Assembly: GCA_048886745.1 (NCBI GenBank)
Contig: JBHLKK010000004.1
Coordinates: 1 to 56,727, forward strand
Direction: 5' to 3'
Length of the DNA: 56,727 nucleotides
Source: Candidatus Hodarchaeota archaeon
GTDB lineage: Archaea; Asgardarchaeota; Odinarchaeia; Odinarchaeales; JBHLKK01
The notes under the pieces are model-generated. The model did no database searches, was not told the origin of the DNA, and saw nothing but the letters and a program-made list of their open reading frames with translations. This document shows positions 46,723 through 54,961 of the stretch, in pieces. The position numbers were made by a program, and so were the translations under genes. How positions within the stretch are numbered: position 1 is the first letter of the stretch; each line of letters opens with the position of its first letter.

Positions 46723-47592
46723 ATGGATGCTTCCGAGATTATGGTCTCTCCTATTATCGTAATGAAACCTAACGATACGCTTGCTCGTGCTAGGAAACTG
46801 ATGCTGAAACATGAAATAACTCGGCTGCCAGTTATCGATGAGAATGAAACCCCAATCGGAATAATCACTCAGAAGGATATGATAAGAGCCATAGAGCAAA
46901 GCGAACCAATATGGCGGCGCAGACCGATAGGGCAAGTTTTGGTGCAGCAGATTATGACCAAGAATCCGATAACTGTTGATGAAAAAAGCGATATAGTAGA
47001 CATCACCAAAATAATGATAAAAAACAATATATCCGGAGTCTTAGTTACGGATGACTCAAGATTGATCGGCTTAGTAACAAAAACAGACATCGTAAAGGCT
47101 TTTCCTGAGATTTACAGTGGAAGAGCTAGAGTTGAGGATTTTATGGCAAGGGAAGTGAAAACTGCCGATCGAGGACATCCTATTACCCACATTATTGATT
47201 TGATGAATAAGGCAAATGTTTCTAGAATAGTGATCGTTGAAGGCGAAAGACCAATCGGAATGATAACTTCGAGAGATCTTACTTTCGTGAAGCCAATTGA
47301 GGTAGAGACAGGCCTACGTTCCCGAAGACTTGGGATAAAGGATCCTCAGTCTCTTCTAAGAACTAGAAGATCACTGGCTCAAAAAATGCTTGTAATAGCA
47401 GAGGATGTCATGTCGACTGATTTGGTAACAGTAGAGGCCTCAGAAGACCTTGCAAATGCGGCAAGGTTAATGATACTGAATAATATTGGTGGCTTACCAG
47501 TAATATCTAATGGAGATCTTGTCGGAATAATTACAAAACGTGATATTCTCAGAAGTGTTGTTGAATTAGGAGGTAAACATAATGAAGGTTAA
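46723..47592 (+). CDS. CBS-domain protein (two CBS pairs)
   Basis: Repeated RLPVID..GIIT / GGLPVI..LVGIIT units. Confidence 0.92.
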   Translation: MDASEIMVSPIIVMKPNDTLARARKLMLKHEITRLPVIDENETPIGIITQKDMIRAIEQSEPIWRRRPIGQVLVQQIMTKNPITVDEKSDIVDITKIMIKNNISGVLVTDDSRLIGLVTKTDIVKAFPEIYSGRARVEDFMAREVKTADRGHPITHIIDLMNKANVSRIVIVEGERPIGMITSRDLTFVKPIEVETGLRSRRLGIKDPQSLLRTRRSLAQKMLVIAEDVMSTDLVTVEASEDLANAARLMILNNIGGLPVISNGDLVGIITKRDILRSVVELGGKHNEG

Positions 47593-48385
47593 AAATGTCA
47601 TGTCAAAACCCATAACAGTGGATAAGGATCAATTAATATCACACGCTCTAGATCTTATGGAAAAGAACGAGATTTCCCAGTTACTAATTACGGATGAAGA
47701 CAAGTTGGTCGGCTTACTCACTGAGAAGAGCATTGCAGACAGACTTGGCTCAAGCCGTTTAGATAGTCTTCAGGCTTCAAGTATTCACATTTCAGCAGCC
47801 ATGGTCTCAGCTTTCGAAACAGCAACTCCTGAAACCGATATAGAAAGCGCTGCAGAGATAATGTTGAAAACAGGTTGTTCTGCTCTACCAGTGCTGGAGA
47901 ACAATGAACTTAGGGGCATAACAACAGCGACTGATATGATTAAGCTCTGTGTCAAAATTCAAGATATCTTCGCAGGACAAATAATGAGAAAAGATGCATT
48001 TACTATCGCACCACAAAGCCGTGTTGTACATGCTCGTAGGTTAATGATTGATCGTGATCTAACGGCTCTCCCAGTGATCGAAAGCGATAAACTGGTCGGT
48101 TTAGTCAGCGAGAGAACTGTTGCTTATGCTATGGGGGCCTTTCGAGAAATAGTTCCAGGAAAACATCAAGACGCAAGGATAAAGCATCTTCTGGTTATTG
48201 ATATTATGCGTCAGAACCCTCCTTCAGTATATCCAGACGCGAAAGTAGCAGATGCAGCTAAGGTAATGCTTGAAGAGAGAGTAAAAGGCCTTCCTGTATT
48301 AAACTATGAGAATCGTCTTGTAGGCATCTTGTATCCTCAAGATTTCGTCTTATTGGTCTCAAGAAAGTTCACTAAACCTGATTAG
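47582..48385 (+). CDS. CBS-domain protein (two CBS pairs)
   Basis: SALPVLE, TALPVIE..LVGLVS, KGLPVLN..LVGIL. Confidence 0.92.
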   Translation: MKVKNVMSKPITVDKDQLISHALDLMEKNEISQLLITDEDKLVGLLTEKSIADRLGSSRLDSLQASSIHISAAMVSAFETATPETDIESAAEIMLKTGCSALPVLENNELRGITTATDMIKLCVKIQDIFAGQIMRKDAFTIAPQSRVVHARRLMIDRDLTALPVIESDKLVGLVSERTVAYAMGAFREIVPGKHQDARIKHLLVIDIMRQNPPSVYPDAKVADAAKVMLEERVKGLPVLNYENRLVGILYPQDFVLLVSRKFTKPD

Positions 48386-49711
48386 GTGTTGATTTTGCTT
48401 CCAGATCTAAAGATAAAAAACGCCAGGATATATACTTCGGATGGCCTCTACGCGGGTGGATTGACTATCAAAGACGGTGTCATCATGAGAATCGGCAAAA
48501 ATACAGCTCTCCCTGATGGCAGGGAGACTCTCGATGCAAAGAAAAAACTCCTAATCCCTGGCATGATTGATGCTCACGTCCACCTAAGAGATATGAACCA
48601 ATCATACAAAGAAGACTTTTACAGCGGAACCTGTGCTGCAGCAGCAGGTGGCGTTACTACTGTTCTTGACATGCCTAATAACAAGATCCCTATCACAAGT
48701 CCCTCTGGTCTAAGAAGAAAGATGAAAGAGGCAAGCCAGAAGATAATTATTAATGTTGGTTTCTATTCTGCTCTTCCAAAGAGCCTCAGTGATTTTCAAA
48801 CTCTGATCAAAACTGGAGCTGTTGCCTTCAAAATCTACCTACCTAGTCCGATAGGCGAAATCGACGTCTATGACGATGGACAACTATCGTCAGTCTTTAG
48901 GGAAACCTCGAAGCTGAATGCGATAGTAGCATTCCATCCTGAAGTTAGAGCATCGCCTTCCTTCAAGCCAGGCTCCGATGACTCCGGAATTCAAGAATTT
49001 CTGACCGCTCATAAAGATGGATTGGAGAAATCAGCAATACTTCGTTTTATTCGAATCAACAATGAAATTGGTACAAAGCTCCACATATGTCACATGAGTA
49101 GTCAAGGTTCGCTACTGGCACTACGTACCACAAAGAGTCAAAACCCAAGGATCACCTGTGAAGTGACTCCCCATCACTTATTATTAACCAAAAAAGCGAT
49201 TTCTCGTTGGAAAGCCTTTGCCAAAATGCTGCCACCTCTCCGCACAAAATCTGACGTTGAATCCTTGTGGGCAGAAGTTGTTAATGATGGACTCGTAGAC
49301 ATTGTTGCCAGCGATCATGCCCCCCATGCTATTGAAGAGAAGAGCGATTTCACCTCAGCTCCATCAGGAATTCCAGGATTAGAAACCACAGTTCCCCTGC
49401 TCTTGACCCAAGTCTTGGCAGGAAGGCTGAGTATGAAACGTTTCGTTGAGCTGACTTCTGAAAATCCTGCTAGAATCTTCAACTTGGGGAAAAAAGGAAG
49501 AATTGCAGAAGGCTATGACGCTGATTTAACACTTATAGATACGAAATCGGAGACTTGCATAGATGCTGAAATGTTCTTTTCGAAAGCCAAATTCTCCCCT
49601 TTCTCTGGTTGGAAAGTCCACGCAATACCAATGACAACAATAGTTGGTGGGAGAATCGTAATGAGAGATCGAGAAATCATATCCTTGCCTGGGTCTGGAA
49701 AAGTAATTTAA
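48386..49711 (+). CDS. pyrC: Dihydroorotase (type I amidohydrolase)
   Basis: PGMIDAHVHLRD, AAAGGVTTVLDMPN, AFKIY, HICH, CEVTPHHL, ASDHAPH, GIPGLET. Confidence 0.9.
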   Translation: MLILLPDLKIKNARIYTSDGLYAGGLTIKDGVIMRIGKNTALPDGRETLDAKKKLLIPGMIDAHVHLRDMNQSYKEDFYSGTCAAAAGGVTTVLDMPNNKIPITSPSGLRRKMKEASQKIIINVGFYSALPKSLSDFQTLIKTGAVAFKIYLPSPIGEIDVYDDGQLSSVFRETSKLNAIVAFHPEVRASPSFKPGSDDSGIQEFLTAHKDGLEKSAILRFIRINNEIGTKLHICHMSSQGSLLALRTTKSQNPRITCEVTPHHLLLTKKAISRWKAFAKMLPPLRTKSDVESLWAEVVNDGLVDIVASDHAPHAIEEKSDFTSAPSGIPGLETTVPLLLTQVLAGRLSMKRFVELTSENPARIFNLGKKGRIAEGYDADLTLIDTKSETCIDAEMFFSKAKFSPFSGWKVHAIPMTTIVGGRIVMRDREIISLPGSGKVI

Positions 49712-49769
49712 TCTCAATATTCTTAAATGCTATTTGTCTCATATTCTTGGTTAAAACGGGTGAGAAAAG

Positions 49770-50171
49770 ATGAGCGAGCTCAACAAGCGAATTGGAGAAT
49801 ACCTGACAAAAATGAATCTAAACTATAATCTGATCGAGGAGAAAGACCAATTTGAGATTCCATACAAGATAGAAGGCCATGACCACTGTGTAATAATATC
49901 GATCGTTGGTAAGTGGGTATCTATTAGAGCTGGAATTCTCCAACCTGAAAAGGTACCGAAAACCAAGGAAACCGAGTTATACAAATCTCTTCTTATCTCT
50001 AATCATACAGTTCCTGAAGTATGCTATGATATGGACGATCAAGGATATATTGGTACAAGTCAAGAAATCCTGACATCTGCCCTATCATTTGATGTCTTTG
50101 AAGAGGAGTTTTATGCTATTCCATATGCAATTAGCCATTTCTGGACGAAAATCATGCCAAAATTCGAGTAA
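49770..50171 (+). CDS. YbjN/CesT-like (T3SS-chaperone fold) small protein
   Basis: 133 aa, ELYKSLLISNH...YDMDDQG pattern. Confidence 0.55.
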   Translation: MSELNKRIGEYLTKMNLNYNLIEEKDQFEIPYKIEGHDHCVIISIVGKWVSIRAGILQPEKVPKTKETELYKSLLISNHTVPEVCYDMDDQGYIGTSQEILTSALSFDVFEEEFYAIPYAISHFWTKIMPKFE

Positions 50172-50200
50172 TCCTTTTCTATTCTAAAAGGTTTTAGAGT

Positions 50201-50704
50201 GTGTTTGAGACACTAGATTATGGATTCAAAAAAAGAGGGTTTAGAATGGATAAACGTCGCGCCTATGATCGCTTCCTACACACGATATGGAGTAAGGAGA
50301 TTAAGTCTATCAACGATCATCTACCGAAGCGTTTCAAAACGCTCGAGGAGCTATTGCAAGAAGAAGACCCCTATGTTATTACAAGAGACGGAAGTAAATA
50401 TCCACTTGACAAGGAAGAATTGAAAATCTTGACAAATCTGCTTCCAAAGGAATATTACTCAAAATTGAAACTCCCTATTATCTTGATTAGAAGAATTAGC
50501 TTGGGTCCTGGTATTTTTAGCATCGGCGGTGGTAGGATCGAGAATTTCGTTATCAGAAAGATTCTAAACCTTACCGATAAATCGAAACCAGATGAGGATG
50601 AATCTCATCCTTATCTATACCGTCCGCAAATACAGAAACTTCGACGGAAACTTCGAACTCTTACCGTCATCGGGTTTGGTGCACCTGAAAAAACCCTCCA
50701 GTAA
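50201..50704 (+). CDS. DUF61 family protein
   Basis: INDHLPKRFKTLEELL, TRDGSKYPLDKEEL, LKLPIIL. Confidence 0.8.
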   Translation: MFETLDYGFKKRGFRMDKRRAYDRFLHTIWSKEIKSINDHLPKRFKTLEELLQEEDPYVITRDGSKYPLDKEELKILTNLLPKEYYSKLKLPIILIRRISLGPGIFSIGGGRIENFVIRKILNLTDKSKPDEDESHPYLYRPQIQKLRRKLRTLTVIGFGAPEKTLQ

Positions 50705-50764
50705 ATTGAAAAAAGGGAAATTTTAATAATATGCAAAAAACATCTGACAATTGGGTTGTAATCA

Positions 50765-51727
50765 ATGGAGACCGATAGGCTGACACATCTCAAAAAAGTA
50801 GCTTTTACGTTTCAGAAGACAGGATACATGGTTTCTCAACGACATGGTATGCGGTCTTCATGTTTTGACCTAGCTGCAAGAAAACAGTCACATCTGGTTC
50901 TCCTGAAGATTCTCCTAAACATAGATAATTTTCATGAACTCCACGCTAAGGAGCTTGCTCTATTTTCCCTGCTTTTTTCTGCCTCTCCTCTGATCATTGG
51001 GGAGAAAACAAGAAAAGCTCCTGTTGAAGATGGTGTAGTTTATGAGAGGTTTAGCATTCCTGTGGTAAATTATTCTACCCTAACAAAAATCCTCTATGAG
51101 AAGCTGCTACCCCTTATCTATGCTAAGCGTGGTGGATTATACGCCAATATAGACGGAGAAAAACTCAAAGAAGCTAGAGAGAACGAAGATCTATCACTTG
51201 GCGATGTTGCAGAGCTGATAGGAGTCTCAAGAAAAGCCGTATACGAATATGAACGGAGCAACATGAATAGTACAATAGCAACCGCTCTTCGTTTGGAGGA
51301 AGTCTTCGACATCCCGTTAACGATACCTCTAGACATTTTTTCCTGGATGATTAGACACAGGGAGTCAATCGAAAAGGAGTTGCATCAGCCAATTCTGGAT
51401 AGCGCATTAGAACGTTTGGTTCAGAAGGCACTCCTTCAATTAGGTTTGAGAGTTTTATGGACAAAGAGTGCACCTTTTAATGCTGTTGCCGAGAGGGAAA
51501 AAAACGTTCTAATTACCGGTGTAGGCTCCGTTAAGGAAAAGGGAATAGAAGAAAGAATTGCAGTTGTAGGCAGTGTTTCTAAGGTAGTAGATCGAAATGT
51601 TATGTTTGTAATGGAAGGAAAATGTGATACACCAAATATTGGCGGGGTGCCCGTAATTCGAAGAAAAGAACTAAAACAAATAGAAAAGCCTAAGAAGCTA
51701 TTTGAAGTCATAGAAGAAAGATCTTAG
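50765..51727 (+). CDS. Archaeal HTH transcriptional regulator with nuclease-like N-domain (COG1395-type)
   Basis: SCFDLAARK, LLKILLNID, PLIIGEK, VVYERFSIP, LREARE...LAELIGVSRKAVYEYER. Confidence 0.88.
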   Translation: METDRLTHLKKVAFTFQKTGYMVSQRHGMRSSCFDLAARKQSHLVLLKILLNIDNFHELHAKELALFSLLFSASPLIIGEKTRKAPVEDGVVYERFSIPVVNYSTLTKILYEKLLPLIYAKRGGLYANIDGEKLKEARENEDLSLGDVAELIGVSRKAVYEYERSNMNSTIATALRLEEVFDIPLTIPLDIFSWMIRHRESIEKELHQPILDSALERLVQKALLQLGLRVLWTKSAPFNAVAEREKNVLITGVGSVKEKGIEERIAVVGSVSKVVDRNVMFVMEGKCDTPNIGGVPVIRRKELKQIEKPKKLFEVIEERS

Positions 51728-51801
51728 TAATGTGTACATCACGGATTCTATGCCTTGAACAATTCCGGCAACTGATTCTACAGTAATTTGGGGTCTCCTG
51801 A

Positions 51802-52350
51802 ATGGGCAAAGTACGCGTACTCATAAGCGGAAGACCTGGCGTAGGAAAAAGCACTGTAGCAAAGAGAGTTTTTGATATACTAAGTTCGAAAGGACTAAGA
51901 ACTGGCGGAATAATGTCTCCGGAGATAAGAGAAAGGGGGGTAAGGCTCGGTTTTAAAATAATTGATTTATTAGATGAGAAAGAGGGTACACTGGCCCACG
52001 TTAACCAAAGAAATGGACCCAGTGTTGGCAAGTATCGAGTAAATCTCGGAGATTTGGAAGGAGTTGGTGTGACCGCCATTGAAAAAGCCATCAAAGAAGC
52101 TGATTGGCTCTTAATTGATGAAATTGGAAAGATGGAATTGTTCAGTAAGGCCTTTCAGGATGTGGTAATTCGGGCTTTTGATTCTGAAAAACCTATATTG
52201 GCCGTTATCCCCCAAAGATATCATCATCCCACACTCAAAACCATAACGCGAAAATCGAATGTGAAAATCTACGAAGTTACCCTGGAAAATAGAGAATACC
52301 TATCTGAAAAGATCTCGTCAGATATACTGTTGGTTCTCAAAGGGGGATAG
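51802..52350 (+). CDS. THEP1-type nucleoside triphosphatase (NTPase 1)
   Basis: ISGRPGVGKST, ERGVRLGFKI, VGKYRVN, LIDEIGKME. Confidence 0.93.
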   Translation: MGKVRVLISGRPGVGKSTVAKRVFDILSSKGLRTGGIMSPEIRERGVRLGFKIIDLLDEKEGTLAHVNQRNGPSVGKYRVNLGDLEGVGVTAIEKAIKEADWLLIDEIGKMELFSKAFQDVVIRAFDSEKPILAVIPQRYHHPTLKTITRKSNVKIYEVTLENREYLSEKISSDILLVLKGG

Positions 52351-52356
52351 AAGAGA

Positions 52357-53556
52357 TTGAATTTTGCATTCTCCACCAAATTATACAAGGAAGGAAGAGT
52401 TTCTTTCTTAGCGCCAGTTAAGTCAGATAGTACGAGTCCAACACGTCGCTTGCCTGTCTTTTACAATCCAAAAATGGAGCTTAATCGTGATCTAGCTATA
52501 GTACTTATTCAAACATATCAGAAAATACTTGGAACACCAATCAATGTGTGTGACCCTTTGACAGGTTGCGGGGTGCGAGGTATACGGTTTGCTTTAGAGG
52601 TGGACAGCGTAAGAAGTGTAGTATTGAACGATATTAGCCCTAGAGCCTATGAATTGACAAAGAAGAATACAGAATTGAATAATCTGAAAGCAGTCAGAGT
52701 CTACAATAAGGATGCTAATTTGATGCTTTCGGAACACTCTGAACCAAGCAGGAGATTTGATGTGATTGATGTTGATCCTTTTGGAACACCCACCCCGTAT
52801 CTTGAGTCTTCTATTAGAGCCTTGAAACGCAGGAATTCTTTGCTTGCGCTGACCGCAACCGATATGCCCCCTCTGTGTGGAATATATCCCCAAGTTTGTT
52901 TGAGAAAATATGGTGGTTATTCTCTTAGAACCTATTACTGTCATGAGACTGCTGTTCGTCTTCTCATTGGATGTACGGCTAGAGTGGCTGCAAGACATGA
53001 GTTCGGAATTGAAGTCTATTTTGTTCATAGTTCAGATCATTATATACGTGCCTATCTTCGCCTTTCTAAGGGTGTAAATCGTGCTAATGAATCAATGAAG
53101 AATCTTGGCCATTTCTTCCATTGCTTTGATTGTGAGTATAGAGAGACCATAGATGGTCTTATTCCCAAAATACCAGAAGCATGCCCTAATTGCTCGTCTC
53201 TCAAAACAGGTGTGGCAGGACCACTTTGGATTGGGATGTTATTCAACAGTTCTTTCTGCGAAAAATCATTATACACTGTCGAAGAAAAGATATTAGGAAC
53301 GCACAATAGGGTAACTCGGATAATACGCCTAGCTCTAAATGAGGCAAACATGCCTCCAACTTACTTCAATCTGCATGTTTTATGTGATCGAATGAACTTA
53401 GAGGTTCCTCCATTTAATAAAGTAATGAATAGGCTAGAAGAAAACGGGTTTGATGTCTCACGTACTCATTTTGACCCTATTAGCATTCGCACCACAGCAG
53501 GGGCGGAAGAAGTAAAATCAGTTCTGCGTTCCATATCCAAAAGGAACTTGCTTTGA
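52357..53556 (+). CDS. trm1: tRNA (guanine-26-N2)-dimethyltransferase
   Basis: VFYNPKMELNRD, DPLTGCGVRGIR, DVIDVDPFGTP, TATD, ETAVRLL, GPLWIG, SRTHFDP. Confidence 0.96.
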   Translation: MNFAFSTKLYKEGRVSFLAPVKSDSTSPTRRLPVFYNPKMELNRDLAIVLIQTYQKILGTPINVCDPLTGCGVRGIRFALEVDSVRSVVLNDISPRAYELTKKNTELNNLKAVRVYNKDANLMLSEHSEPSRRFDVIDVDPFGTPTPYLESSIRALKRRNSLLALTATDMPPLCGIYPQVCLRKYGGYSLRTYYCHETAVRLLIGCTARVAARHEFGIEVYFVHSSDHYIRAYLRLSKGVNRANESMKNLGHFFHCFDCEYRETIDGLIPKIPEACPNCSSLKTGVAGPLWIGMLFNSSFCEKSLYTVEEKILGTHNRVTRIIRLALNEANMPPTYFNLHVLCDRMNLEVPPFNKVMNRLEENGFDVSRTHFDPISIRTTAGAEEVKSVLRSISKRNLL

Positions 53557-53572
53557 CTTACTATGAGAATGC

Positions 53573-54193
53573 CTAGCTATCTTTTGTAAAAATGCCTCGA
53601 AAATCTCTGGCAATTACATATATCTCGGCACTCCTCTTTCTGGAAGCTTCTGGCTTGGTAACATACATGCTTCTAAAGGAGTCTTCGACTTTGGAAAGAA
53701 ACTCTTTCAACAGCCTTCCCTGAAAGACCTTGGCAACAAGAATCCCGCCTATTCTCAGTATTTTACTGGCGATCTTTAATGAGGCCTCTGCAAGATGAAT
53801 CTGTCTTGCATGATCAACGTCCCATATTCCCGATACTTTCGGACTGCAGTCTGATAAAACCACATCTGCCTTTCTTGGTAGGGTTTTTAGTATTTCCACT
53901 GCTGTTTCAGTCTTGGTTATATCTCTATTCATTGTTGCTATTCCGTCGATGGCAGCAATTGGCTGAATGTCAACCCCCAAGACAAATCCTCCCTCTCCGA
54001 CCACCTGTTTGGATATCTGAAGCCACCCACCGGGTGCAGCTCCTAAGTCCACGACCACATCACCTTCCTTTAAAAGAGAGAATTTTTTGTTCAATTGAAG
54101 GAGCTTGTATGCTGCCCGAGATCTATAATCCTCTCTTTTGGCCATTCTGAAGTAATGATCCTTCTTTCGCCTTTTCTTTCTTTTTTCCGGCAG
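53573..54193 (-). CDS. rlmE: 23S rRNA U2552 2'-O-methyltransferase (RlmE/FtsJ), probable CTG start
   Basis: KDHYFRMAKREDYRSRAAYKL, VVDLGAAPGGW, VLSDCSP, KVFQG, KPEASRKRSAE. The conserved KDHY lies upstream of the tracked ATG 54145; CTG 54193 follows GGAGGGGG. Confidence 0.93.
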   Translation of the reverse strand: MPEKRKKRRKKDHYFRMAKREDYRSRAAYKLLQLNKKFSLLKEGDVVVDLGAAPGGWLQISKQVVGEGGFVLGVDIQPIAAIDGIATMNRDITKTETAVEILKTLPRKADVVLSDCSPKVSGIWDVDHARQIHLAEASLKIASKILRIGGILVAKVFQGRLLKEFLSKVEDSFRSMYVTKPEASRKRSAEIYVIARDFRGIFTKDS

Positions 54194-54335
54194 TTAAAGC
54201 CCCCTCCAATACGGAATTTCTTGTTAGGTGTCGTAATTGTTGTATTGACTTGATTTTCGGTTATAAGTGAGAATGAATAAGTTAATAAAAATGCTCATAG
54301 ATATGATTTTATACTGAGATTGGAGGAAACTACCT

Positions 54336-54941
54336 TTGTCCAAAGTAAGGGTCTTTCGTATCGTTAGGGGCGAACTAAAAAGAGCAGAACCAGGGAAGTT
54401 CGCAACTGGGGATGCTTACATAGTCGATGATGGAATGCAGATTTTCATATGGCTCGGCAAGTCCTGTACGGTTGACGAGAAATTCGTATCCGCTTTGACC
54501 TCCGCCCAGTTGGATCTTGAACGTAAGGGCAAACCAACAATTACAACCATTGAAGAAGGAAATGAGATACCTGCCTTCTTAAATCTGTTTGGCGGGAAGA
54601 TCACCATTACGGCCGAGGATGAGAAAGGCCTTCTCAAACAAGTAATTGTTGAAAAACCAACAGAAGTTAGGATGTATCAGGTATCTGGAGAGTCATATGA
54701 AAAGGTTAAGTTCTCAAGCTTACCCGCTAAGAAGGATCTCTTGAACTCAAACGACGTTTTTGTTATTGATGCATTTGAAAGAATCTATGTGTGGATCGGG
54801 AAGAGTTCAAGTGGTATGGAAAGATATCGGGGTTCTATGCTTGCAGAGAGATTTGACAGAGACAGATCGGAAAAAGCCGATGTGACCGTCCTAAACGAAG
54901 GAGAAGAACCAGAAGAATTTTGGCGTATATTCGAAGGATGA
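54336..54941 (+). CDS. Two-domain gelsolin-family actin regulator
   Basis: FATGDAYIVD...IFIWLGKSCTVDEK...EEGNEIPAFLNLF and LNSNDVFVID...IYVWIGKSSSGMER...EGEEPEEFWRIF. GGAGG SD before TTG. Confidence 0.9.
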   Translation: MSKVRVFRIVRGELKRAEPGKFATGDAYIVDDGMQIFIWLGKSCTVDEKFVSALTSAQLDLERKGKPTITTIEEGNEIPAFLNLFGGKITITAEDEKGLLKQVIVEKPTEVRMYQVSGESYEKVKFSSLPAKKDLLNSNDVFVIDAFERIYVWIGKSSSGMERYRGSMLAERFDRDRSEKADVTVLNEGEEPEEFWRIFEG

Positions 54942-54961
54942 AGCATATTTTTCTATCCTTC

